A stretch of 17,926 nucleotides of DNA, from positions 1-17,926 of the forward strand of contig JAWOEX010000005.1 of NCBI GenBank assembly GCA_046482545.1, in the 5' to 3' direction. The notes under the pieces were generated by a model that saw nothing but the letters and a program-made list of their open reading frames with translations, had not been told where the DNA came from and did no database searches. Below, one piece after another: positions 1 to 8,588 of this stretch. Within the stretch, counting starts at the first letter, position 1. Each line of letters opens with the position of its first letter. Origin of the DNA: Candidatus Thorarchaeota archaeon (GTDB taxonomy: Archaea; Asgardarchaeota; Thorarchaeia; Thorarchaeales; Thorarchaeaceae). A program made the translations under genes and the position numbers.

Positions 1-48
1 ACCGCATGGTGCCGGCGGACCGGTTTCGCACCTAGAATTTCCAGCGCG

Positions 49-756
49 ATGGTGCCTAAGTACACCCCTGATGGACTAGTCAATCTTGAACACGTCAGAA
101 ATACCATTCGCGATTCTGATGCAGACTTGGTAGGACTCCAGGAATGTGACACAGGAAGACTGAGTTCAATGAACATAGACACTATTCTCTGGCTCTCTAC
201 TCAGCTTGGGATGTATAGCTACTTTGGTCCACCAACGAGTGAACATATCTACGGTGTGGCACTTCTCTCAAAGTACCCCATAATCAATGCGAGCTATCAT
301 GTGCTGAGTCATGAGGAACTCCCCCGTGTCTTGATTGAGACCGTCGTTCGAATTGGTTCGGTGGAACTCACTGTGTTCGTCGTACACCTTGGGCTCTCTT
401 ATGAGGACCGCACGACTCAAGCAGATGAAGTAATGGCTGTGGTGAACGCAGCTCCTACGCCCAAAATCTTGATGGGTGACTTCAATACCCGCCCTACGGG
501 CGAACCTGAACCGGGCGTTGATAGTCCCGATGACACCATCTATGAGGATATTTCGATACACCTCAATGATACTTGGACAGGAGCAGGGAATGCTCTTGAC
601 TCACCTGACGGCTACACTTGGCCTACCACAAATCCCTCCATAAGAATCGATTACATCTGGGTGAGTCCGGATATCACAGTCCTTTCGTCTGCCGTGGTAT
701 CTGGTGCTACAGGAAGCGACCACTTGCCTCTTGTCGCAGACATTCGACTCACGTAG
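49..756 (+). CDS. Endonuclease/exonuclease/phosphatase (EEP) family protein, apparently 5'-truncated
   Basis: EEP motifs DLVGLQE, VVHL, ILMGDFN, RIDYIW and GSDHLP are present. The first-strand (T/S)YN motif expected just before YTPDG is absent in all three + frames of nt 1-60. Confidence 0.85.
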   Translation: MVPKYTPDGLVNLEHVRNTIRDSDADLVGLQECDTGRLSSMNIDTILWLSTQLGMYSYFGPPTSEHIYGVALLSKYPIINASYHVLSHEELPRVLIETVVRIGSVELTVFVVHLGLSYEDRTTQADEVMAVVNAAPTPKILMGDFNTRPTGEPEPGVDSPDDTIYEDISIHLNDTWTGAGNALDSPDGYTWPTTNPSIRIDYIWVSPDITVLSSAVVSGATGSDHLPLVADIRLT

Positions 757-982
757 GCCAATCGTCTCCGGATAGAAACCCTACTGCAAGCATTGAGTAT
801 CCGAATGAGTCTTTAGGACAAGATTAAGGCTATGGATTTCTGATTGAACCAAGCTCGAGAATTACCCCAGTCCATACTGAATCATGGTGTTCGCCAAATT
901 CTGCTATCAGAGGGGTCCACGACCTCTTGAGTGTATCCTCATATGATGATTTGATATCCATACTTTGTCGAGGCAGTTAGTT

Positions 983-1471
983 TCAAGGCGGATCCTCAGG
1001 TTCAATCAGAAGTAGCAGGCCATCCTTCCCGCGAACTCTTACCGACTCGCCTGCCTCAACCCTTCCTCCTACTGCCTTAGCTTGCCAGTATTCTCCCCGA
1101 TATTGTATGTATCCCTTCTGTCCTGGCTCCAGCGAGTCGACTGCTCGGCCAGTAGTACCTAGAAAACCCATTGTTTGAGGGGGTTGCTTCTTCAGCTGAA
1201 TAATTTTGTACATCATGAACAAGGAAAAACAAGAAGCCAATGCCGTGACCATCAAGAGTACTAGGGAAAGTCCTGGTACCCACAATGGCGTGGTTGGCCA
1301 CACCTGGGGCACGACCATAAACCATAGTGCCATCCCTATTATGAGGAAGAACACGGCCGCTGGCCCAAAGCACTCAGGTTCATCAGAAATCAATTCTGCC
1401 AACAAGAATGCTAAGCCTAAGGCTATCAATGTGATGGCTGTGAATGCCCATTCGATTCCTAGAACTTGCAT
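983..1471 (-). CDS. NfeD-like membrane protein (short form with C-terminal OB fold)
   Basis: Three hydrophobic segments followed by GTTGRAV...GYIQYRGEYWQAK...GESVRV..KDGLLLLIEP, typical of the NfeD C-terminus. Start re-assigned to ATG 1471 (GGGGGA upstream), 13 nt after the SPFH stop. SPFH-NfeD pairing is a known conserved arrangement. Confidence 0.85.
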   Translation of the reverse strand: MQVLGIEWAFTAITLIALGLAFLLAELISDEPECFGPAAVFFLIIGMALWFMVVPQVWPTTPLWVPGLSLVLLMVTALASCFSLFMMYKIIQLKKQPPQTMGFLGTTGRAVDSLEPGQKGYIQYRGEYWQAKAVGGRVEAGESVRVRGKDGLLLLIEPEDPP

Positions 1472-1484
1472 CTCAGAATCCCCC

Positions 1485-2291
1485 CTATCCTTCACGCTCT
1501 TGTTGCTTATTCGCCCCTTTGGCGACAGCAAACATGCGGGCAATTTCATCTGAGTTCGATGTGGTCGTAACCACCACCAGGTTTTTCTCACGCGCAATCT
1601 CGGCAAGCGTCTGTAGTTCACGGATTTTCAGGGCCATTGGTGTTGTCGCGTACATCTCCGCTGCTTGCACCATTTTCTCCGCAGCCATGTATTCTCCCTG
1701 AGCGACGATGATTCGCGCTCGACGCTCCCGCTCGGCCTCAGCCTGTTTTGCAATTGCCCGTTGCATGTCCTTAGGAAGAAGGATGTCGCTAATGGCTACA
1801 TCAGTCACCTTAATTCCCCAAGGGTCTGTCTTTTCATCGATTTCCCGGTGAATTCGTAGTGTCAACTCTTCGGTGCTTGATAAGAGGTCGTCAAGCTCGG
1901 CGGTTCCTAAGATATCTCTGAGGACAGTCTTGGCAAGGTTTTGGATAGCGGGAACGTAATTCTCGACCTCTAACACTGCGCGTTCAGGATCCACTACTCG
2001 GTAGAAAATAAACGAGTCCACGTCACATCGGATGTTGTCCTTGGTGATTACCTTGATTGTACGAGCATCATATGTTACCGTACGAAGGTCTACCACTTGG
2101 AGCCTATCAAGGCCGGGAATAATCCAGAACACACCTGGCCCTCTGGCTCCGATACATCTGCCTAGACGAAATACAATCGCCCGCTCGTATTCTTTCACAA
2201 TCCGTACTGAGGCTGCAACTACTATGATGACTAGAAATGCGCCAACTAGCAGTGCCATTAGGCCCATGATAAAAAACGGAGCTTCTTGCAT
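1485..2291 (-). CDS. SPFH/band 7 (stomatin/slipin) family protein
   Basis: N-terminal TM segment, then RIVKEYERAIVFRLGR, VDLRT, ITKDN, DPWGIKV, AKQAEAERERRARII and LRELQTL-like motifs. Confidence 0.95.
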   Translation of the reverse strand: MQEAPFFIMGLMALLVGAFLVIIVVAASVRIVKEYERAIVFRLGRCIGARGPGVFWIIPGLDRLQVVDLRTVTYDARTIKVITKDNIRCDVDSFIFYRVVDPERAVLEVENYVPAIQNLAKTVLRDILGTAELDDLLSSTEELTLRIHREIDEKTDPWGIKVTDVAISDILLPKDMQRAIAKQAEAERERRARIIVAQGEYMAAEKMVQAAEMYATTPMALKIRELQTLAEIAREKNLVVVTTTSNSDEIARMFAVAKGANKQQEREG

Positions 2292-2602
2292 TTATGAGAT
2301 ACCGTTTTTTATAAGATGTCTGTTCTAAAAAGATTTGTCATAGAAATCTGACTGACGATAGACTATGCCTCTTTGGAGTTCGTCTTGAGCTGCACTTGCA
2401 GGCTTGATTTGCCATGTAACCAAAGTATGTCATCCAATGAATCTCCTACCGAAACGTAATATATCAGAAGACCCCCCTGAGAGTATTATGTTCGAATCCG
2501 GCATTTGGACTGCGGTGTTGTTCGATATCATCGGCTGGCCCATTGTCGTGGATTGCCCCGAGCTTCTTGTATGTTCAAGCATGTGACTGATAGGCGATAT
2601 AA

Positions 2603-3667
2603 ATGATAGATATGATAGAGAAGGTGATTCCCTACATAAGCGGACTGTGGACACTGCCATGGATTGTTGTCGGTTTTCTGATGACTATTGCTCTATCCAA
2701 GTGGCTCGGAAAGGATCGGGTCAGCGCGGGGATGAAGAAAATTGGGCTCGTGCTACTGTTCGTGTTCATACCACTTTTGCTCTTCAGGATATTTCTGAAT
2801 ATAGACTTCGGGAGTGAGGAGCTGGGGTTCACCTCCATAACCTTCATCGTATTGACTTTCATGTATCTTGTTTCGTATCTTTTGGGCCACCTTCAGGCCA
2901 AGCAAATTGGACTTGTTGGAGCCGAACAGCGGACGTTCATAAAGACTGTTGTCACGAATCAAGGCCGCAGCGCCGCCTTTGTGGGAGGTGTAATGCTAAG
3001 CATCGAGGAGTGGAGGGTGCCAGCAGCTATCTACATCAGCATCGTTGGAATCGGGCTGTTCGCTATAGTACCGTATATACTTTCGATTATGCACACTCAG
3101 GAAAACGAGGGCAAGGAAGAGATCAGCACGCTGCCTTGGTTCCTAAGGGTGTATCCATGGTATTTGCTCTCCTTCGTTGTGGCGGCGATTATTATTCACA
3201 GTAGCACCGGTGTGACGGTAGCGGCCCTTGGCGACGTTGGAACAGTGCTGCATTTCATAACTGCTCTGACAATACCCGCTGGCCTCTACTACGTCGGAGC
3301 TGGAATAGACCCCAAGGACCTAAAACTAACCGAGATGAGGAAATTGTTCTCACTGAGCCGCGAACCATCATCCAAGAGGGAATTCCACTGGATTGTAGCC
3401 AGTAACGCTTTCTTCACCACCCTTGTTGTAACCCCGCTCGCCATCACCGTGGTCTTCGGGTTCCTGATGTATGCGGCCCTCATACCCAAGGAATGGTTTG
3501 CGGTAATAACCCTGAATGCTATTATGCCCATAACCAGCACCAACATGTTTCTGATACCCTACGGCATAGACCGCAAGGGTACCGCCTTGGCCATAACTTG
3601 GACTACTATCATAGCCATTCCAGTCCTCATGTTGCTCATACCCGTCTTCATGCAGTTATTCACATAG
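2603..3667 (+). CDS. AEC (auxin efflux carrier / malate permease-like) family membrane transporter
   Basis: About 10 hydrophobic segments in two halves, with VFIPLLLF, NQGRSAAFVGG, TIPAGLYYVG and AIMPITSTN resembling AEC crossover motifs. The start may be ATG 2612. Confidence 0.7.
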   Translation: MIDMIEKVIPYISGLWTLPWIVVGFLMTIALSKWLGKDRVSAGMKKIGLVLLFVFIPLLLFRIFLNIDFGSEELGFTSITFIVLTFMYLVSYLLGHLQAKQIGLVGAEQRTFIKTVVTNQGRSAAFVGGVMLSIEEWRVPAAIYISIVGIGLFAIVPYILSIMHTQENEGKEEISTLPWFLRVYPWYLLSFVVAAIIIHSSTGVTVAALGDVGTVLHFITALTIPAGLYYVGAGIDPKDLKLTEMRKLFSLSREPSSKREFHWIVASNAFFTTLVVTPLAITVVFGFLMYAALIPKEWFAVITLNAIMPITSTNMFLIPYGIDRKGTALAITWTTIIAIPVLMLLIPVFMQLFT

Positions 3668-3760
3668 ACCGCCCGGACTTGGTCGCTTCGGCCGGCAGCA
3701 AAGAACACCCAAAATGGCGCCCATAATCAAAGACACAGAAATTCGTTTCTTATCGATCAT
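3656..3760 (-). pseudogene. Possible N-terminal remnant of a small membrane protein
   Basis: 35 codons, MIDKKRISVSLIMGAILGVLCC...: a basic N-terminus plus one TM helix, then atypical sequence overlapping the AEC stop. A TATA-like TTTTATA lies upstream on the - strand (~3811-3805). Confidence 0.3.
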
Positions 3761-4375
3761 CTCTTCAATACGATCCTCGACCATGAAGATGTCTGGCTTG
3801 TTCCTATAAAAGGAAGGTGGATGAAGGAGAAATCCGAAAGAAGTTGGGAAAATGTGACGAGATATTTATTGCCAGCAATTAGTTTGGCGTAGTTGTAAAA
3901 TCTCATTACCAATACACATTCATGATGAATTTAGGTGCTCAGAGATGAAATCCACGCCTCTATGGGAATAAAATCCCCCTCACTCATTCTTAACGAGCGG
4001 TTCCTATTTTTATGGAATCTCTGCATATCGTCGTTCGAACATTACATGTCCGAATGCTAGGGCAAACTATGGTGGAAAAAACCTTGACACAAAATACCGT
4101 TGAAATTAAAAAATCTCAAAGGCATTTGTCAGCCAAAAATGCCAAGATTCCTGTGAAACAACTTTTCTTGGATAACTCAGATAATTGTCGAGGAATTTGC
4201 ATATCGATATAATCTTTGCTTGTGGAATCGTGGGCGGAGGGTTGTCTTATCAGTCGCCAGACTCCTGTCAGGCGCTGCCAATCCATATTCCGAAGGCGAT
4301 AGAGTTATTATGAATCTTAAGGCGCTTCACAGAAAGAGGAAGTGAGTTCCGCTGCTAACTGTATCGACTGAACTC

Positions 4376-6133
4376 GTGATGGTCTTCGCGGTTCTAGCTG
4401 TGACACTTGTCTTGTTTGTTGTTAACCGTTGGCGTTATGATGTTGTAGCCTTGTTCGCTCTGTTGACAATCGCGCTTGTGGGTCTCATACCCTTCGACCA
4501 AATGTTCTTGGGCTTCGGCCATCCTGCAGTGATCACAGTTGCAGCCGTGTTGGTTATCAACCGAGGACTGATCAACTCGGGTTTCGTCGATATCATCATC
4601 AACTGGACCCTTCGAGTCGGAAACAACATGGTTGTTCAGATTCTTACGCTCACCGGGTTGGTGACGGTGCTTTCGGCCTTCATGAATAACGTGGGGGCAT
4701 TGGCGCTTCTCATGCCTGTGGCAATTCGAATGGCGAGGAAGAGCGGCAAGTCCCCTTCCCTTTTCCTCATGCCGTTAGCATTCTGCTCAATGCTTGGTGG
4801 TATGATAACGCTGATCGGCACTCCTCCAAACATAATTATCGCAACACTTAGGGGTCAATACGGTGTCGAACCCTTCCTTATGTTTGACTTCACCCCTGTT
4901 GGTCTGAGTGTCGCTCTTGCTGGATTCTTGTTTATGTCACTGGTCGGATGGCGTCTCGTACCTCAGCGGGAGGGAGAGATGGTTGAACCCTTCGCTCTTG
5001 TTGAAGACTACATAACCGAGGTCTATGTGCCTGAGGATTCCAAGATGGTTGGGAAGCGTATCCGTGACCTTGAATCGGCAGCAGAAGCTGATGTGGCAGT
5101 GATATCCCTCGTACGCGAAGACGAGCGTTTTCGTTCACCCTCTATAATGAGAGGTCTGAAAGCAGGTGACAGTCTTGTTGTCAGAGGAGAAGCCACAGAT
5201 TTGAAGATGCTAATCGATGCTGGCGAACTCAGGCTCATAAAGAGGGAAGGATCTGACAGAGGGGTCCTATCACAGGATGATTTACATGTCGTTGAGGCTG
5301 TGATAACGACAGGCTCGCCTTTAAGCGGCAAGACTGCACGACAATTGAAGATGCGTAGTCGTTTTGGTGTGGATCTTCTCGCTGTATCGCGCCAAGGAAG
5401 GCGGTTGAGAGCTCGGATTGGTGATATCCGGTTGCGGTCGGGAGACACCTTGTTGTTACATGGGCAGCCGCAAGAGATGTCTGATATCTTGGCTGAGCTT
5501 GGATGCCTCCCACTGGCTGAGAGACACATAAGACTGGGCAAGCCGCGACGTGCGCTGTCTGCTATCATCATCTTTGGAGCGGCACTAGCAGCTACGGCAA
5601 TAGGTCTGCTACCCATTCAGGTTTCCTTTGTACTTGCTGCTGTTGGCATGGTTGTATTGGGATTTGTGTCTCCCGACGAAGCTTACAAGAGCATCAACTG
5701 GTCTGTCATAGTTCTACTCGCTGCCATGATCCCAGTCGGACACGCACTGGAAACCACAGGAGGTGCACAGTTAATTGGTGACATGTTTCTAGAGGTGGGA
5801 GGAATTCTGCCTCCAGCTGCATTCATCGTCATCCTGATGGTGGCGACTATGCTTCTGTCTTGTGCCGTGAATAAAACCGCTGCAGTAGTTCTGATGGCTC
5901 CCATAAGTGTAAGCATTGCATTGGCATTAGGTGTATCGATAGACTCTTTTCTAATGGCGGTGTCCATTGGAGGTTCAAGCGCTTTCCTAACACCCATTGC
6001 GGATCAGTCCCATGCTTTAGTTATGGGGCCAGGGGGTTACAGATTCACTGACTACATACGGCTAGGTCTTCCTCTGCAGGTCATCATTACCCTGTTAGCA
6101 ACTCCACTAATCCTGTGGTTTTGGCCTCTTTAG
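4376..6133 (+). CDS. SLC13/CitMHS-type permease with two TrkA-C (RCK_C) domains
   Basis: SAFMNNVGA, TLIGTPPNII, two central TrkA-C repeats (VPEDSKMVGKRI; ITTGSPLSGKT), FLTPI and VMGPGGYRFTDY. The true start may lie a few codons upstream. Confidence 0.9.
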   Translation: MMVFAVLAVTLVLFVVNRWRYDVVALFALLTIALVGLIPFDQMFLGFGHPAVITVAAVLVINRGLINSGFVDIIINWTLRVGNNMVVQILTLTGLVTVLSAFMNNVGALALLMPVAIRMARKSGKSPSLFLMPLAFCSMLGGMITLIGTPPNIIIATLRGQYGVEPFLMFDFTPVGLSVALAGFLFMSLVGWRLVPQREGEMVEPFALVEDYITEVYVPEDSKMVGKRIRDLESAAEADVAVISLVREDERFRSPSIMRGLKAGDSLVVRGEATDLKMLIDAGELRLIKREGSDRGVLSQDDLHVVEAVITTGSPLSGKTARQLKMRSRFGVDLLAVSRQGRRLRARIGDIRLRSGDTLLLHGQPQEMSDILAELGCLPLAERHIRLGKPRRALSAIIIFGAALAATAIGLLPIQVSFVLAAVGMVVLGFVSPDEAYKSINWSVIVLLAAMIPVGHALETTGGAQLIGDMFLEVGGILPPAAFIVILMVATMLLSCAVNKTAAVVLMAPISVSIALALGVSIDSFLMAVSIGGSSAFLTPIADQSHALVMGPGGYRFTDYIRLGLPLQVIITLLATPLILWFWPL

Positions 6134-6377
6134 ACGAGTTTCTTGCAGTCCAGTTCAACTGGCAGGTCTTGATTAGGAATGTGAAAGGTAGACGGGCGCT
6201 CACTCTTTGGATCGAGTGAGGGGGAATATGAAACGGTACTAAAGACCCAACACTAGTTGAACTACCGAGGAAGACATAGAGCGACTATGAGAGCGAGTGC
6301 GTCCTTGACATTTCAGCAAGATTCACCTACAGAATCCTTCTAACCAGTAATAGTTCTGAATCAGGAGCTTGTTGAAC

Positions 6378-6515
6378 TTGGATAAGAGAAAGCGGGTAGC
6401 ATCAGCAGCTATCATATCCCTTGTGCTGGTTACGGCAGTGATTCTGATAGCCGTAGACCAAGACATATTCGGTTCAGATGAGATTCAGGATGGCAAAGTT
6501 GAGTGGGCTCCATGA
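6378..6515 (+). pseudogene. Short ORF with signal anchor; probable truncated membrane/secreted protein
   Basis: TTG start with CAGGAG upstream. Translates MDKRKRVASAAIISLVLVTAVILIAVDQDIFGSDEIQDGKVEWAP*. Confidence 0.4.
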
Positions 6516-6707
6516 TGGGCCATCAGTATAGGTGATTCGTTCAAACCTGAAATCATCAACATTCTAGAAGCTGGCGGCTCTGCAGCTCCGAGAGATATCT
6601 TGGCCAAAGCGGGTTTTGATATCACCACAAAAGCCTTCTGGAAAACTGGAATGAATTACGCTGAGAACCTGGTCAACGAGCTTGAGGCATTGGTCAACGA
6701 GGAGTAA
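6516..6707 (+). pseudogene. C-terminal remnant of an oligoendopeptidase F (peptidase M3B)
   Basis: Start-less frame GDSFKPEIINILEAGGSAAPRDILAKAGFDITTKAFWKTGMNYAENLVNELEALVNEE* matches the M3B C-terminal pattern L.AGGS..P..LL...G.D.....FW..G. No HExxH region is present. Confidence 0.75.
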
Positions 6708-6965
6708 GCAAAGCTAGCATTTTCCTAGTCCTGAATTCGATTCTCAATCTCTTTCAGGTGCTGAATACATTCTCTCAGCAGGTAATATCCACTCTCTACA
6801 ACCAACTTGTATTCCTCAAGGTCTTGAGAAGCGTGTGGTACTCAAAGCGACATCTCAGGTTCTCTTGGTCAGGCCACTGGAAATGAATGAGGAAAATGAT
6901 GAGTGGCTCGGCTTTCTCTCTAACTTAGATGTAGATGAACAGAAAGCGCTCAAAGACCGCTTCAT

Positions 6966-7338
6966 CTATTCGAGATATCCCATCCTTCGAGCAAACAGCA
7001 CATACATGCCTACAAGGGCAATCGCTACTCCTATACCAATGGTCGGGTGGGTGATATTAGGATTGTCCAGCAGACCGTTTTCTACCTTGACCATGCCTAG
7101 GGAGTTCGGATTTCCCCTCTCGCCACGGATATCATAGGCGACAACAGAAACGTTGTACCAGCCATTCGGGTACTCGTACGTGTGCCAGACGAGGTCTACA
7201 TCAACATCACCTACATCAGCTTCCCGTAGGACCTTTTCCCGCGACCACCGTTCCATTGATTAACAGTTCAACTTTCCTGATAGCAAAGCACTCGTCCCCT
7301 GCACTCACATCTATCACCATGTCACCACCTACCGTTCC
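6966..7338 (-). pseudogene. Frameshifted C-terminal remnant of a surface protein: Ig-like domain plus TM anchor
   Basis: Frame A (7338-7241) reads GTVGGDMVIDVSAGDECFAIRKVELLINGTVVA. Frame B continues EKVL...LVWHTYEYPNGWYNVSVVAYD...TM...RR. Together they form one Ig-like domain broken by an extra G at ~7238-7240. Confidence 0.65.
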
Positions 7339-7439
7339 ATATCGCTATCGGAATACGCATCAAGTATAGCAAGCAACTCCGACTTGTCTACCTCAGGATC
7401 CAACCATCGCTCTGTATCTGCTCTAAGAACCCCGAATCT
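7329..7439 (-). pseudogene. Fragment resembling the C-terminal part of SRAP (SOS response-associated peptidase, YedK/HMCES family)
   Basis: RFGVLRADTERWLDPEVDKSELLAILDAYSDSDMER* resembles the SRAP segment (MPVIL)...ERWLDP....EL..LL.PY....M. There is no start codon. Confidence 0.5.
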
Positions 7440-7440
7440 G

Positions 7441-8484
7441 TTAGTGGTTTTCCTTTTCACATATGTCTACGGGAGTGCGAATTTGGACTGAGGTTTTCTT
7501 TTGTTCGAAATATGAGACAGGAAATTCTCTGATAGATTCAATACTCCTCCCAAGTTTGTGTCTTCGCCTATTCATTTTGTCGATGAATTCAAAGGCGTAT
7601 TTGAGCCAAGCAATGCAGGGAATCGCCAACGCAATAATGACCAATATAGTACTGTATTGTAGATTGGCTATATTTGTAGTGATGACTATCAATCCAAGGC
7701 CAATAGCCAAAAGGGTTATTGGATATATTGGATTGAAAATCATAGAAAAAGGTGACCTCAATATTTCAACAATCTTCCTTGTTGTGAAAGGTGTTACTCT
7801 TAATGGCAATTTCATTCTCTTTGCGAGAAACAATAGACACAGCATAAGAAGCAATATTATACTAGAGATAATTAGAATAACCAAGGCATCAAAGGTATGC
7901 TGTTGTGTTTCAAAAGAGAGTGCATAAAAAGAATATGGTGCTAAAGCTCCAATAAAGGACAGAAATGGATATGCTGCTTGAGTTATCACCATTATGAAAC
8001 TATCCTTAAGGACCCTACGGATTGATAGAGTTTTGGAGCATTTGATTAATTCGCAATCAATTACGGCATCGGAGAACCACTTACTCGAAAGAGGATATAT
8101 CAGATATCCACTAAGAATAGCGAGACCAAGGGGTAAATAAAGCAACCAACCCTGCAGCGGCCAAATTGGGATGAATACGATTGCCACGTAGGTAAGACCC
8201 CATACTACAGAAATGGAGTTCAGCATCACGAAAAGCCGTTTTCTCTTGAGAAGATTCACCTTGTTTGATTCATCTGTTTCCAAATCCTTGTAGAAATATG
8301 AATAACAAAAAGTTAGGAATGGTGGGAGGAATATCGGTCCCGCAAGCAAGTATTCTAGATTGGCTGAATAAAAGCTCAGAAAGCTAATTCCACTTGAAGC
8401 CGCGGCTACCCACTCGATTCGCCTCTCAACGTAGTTATCAAGCTTTGGAATTGCGTCCCAATTATATTGAATATCCGGTGTCAA
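7441..8484 (-). CDS. Hypothetical polytopic membrane protein (about 8 TM), AT-rich
   Basis: 347-codon ORF with paired hydrophobic segments, TTG start and GGGGA upstream. Sampled lines are about 35-37% GC versus about 50% in neighbours. Confidence 0.75.
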   Translation of the reverse strand: MTPDIQYNWDAIPKLDNYVERRIEWVAAASSGISFLSFYSANLEYLLAGPIFLPPFLTFCYSYFYKDLETDESNKVNLLKRKRLFVMLNSISVVWGLTYVAIVFIPIWPLQGWLLYLPLGLAILSGYLIYPLSSKWFSDAVIDCELIKCSKTLSIRRVLKDSFIMVITQAAYPFLSFIGALAPYSFYALSFETQQHTFDALVILIISSIILLLMLCLLFLAKRMKLPLRVTPFTTRKIVEILRSPFSMIFNPIYPITLLAIGLGLIVITTNIANLQYSTILVIIALAIPCIAWLKYAFEFIDKMNRRRHKLGRSIESIREFPVSYFEQKKTSVQIRTPVDICEKENH

Positions 8485-8522
8485 AAGATATCCCCATACT
8501 TAGTTCTCCCTTACGTCGATAC

Positions 8523-8531
8523 TATATTAAA
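8523..8531 (-). promoter_or_regulatory. Putative TATA box (TTTAATATA) for the AT-rich membrane protein gene
   Basis: About 40 nt upstream of the 8484 start, inside the 104-bp gap after the RadA-like gene. Confidence 0.4.
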
Positions 8532-8588
8532 TCCACGCGTCAATAGTTTCGGCACGAATTTAGTAGTCAACTCCTCAGAATCTCTTCC

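Noticed and set aside
1472-1621. Long N-terminal extension of the NfeD ORF (also the extensions of the GH3, solenoid and small-protein ORFs)
   Set aside because: These overlap upstream genes or lack an RBS; downstream starts have clear RBS and coupling.
3668-3700. GC-rich hairpin as a terminator after the AEC gene
   Set aside because: Weak imperfect stem with no U-tract.
3940-4110. Possible third copy of the repeat element (TATGGTGGA, AGCGGTTC matches)
   Set aside because: Matches are short, in inconsistent orientation and lack the conserved spacing.
4012-4212. 66-aa ORF in the AT-rich intergenic region; likewise 2430-2660, 13508-13690 and 15675-15875
   Set aside because: No RBS, motif or convincing protein-like pattern.
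5023-5616. 197-aa antisense ORF, and similar shadow ORFs (1206-1553, 7463-7927, 9924-10334, 11153-11776, 12576-13193, 14523-14951)
   Set aside because: They lie opposite better-supported genes and have no recognisable motifs.
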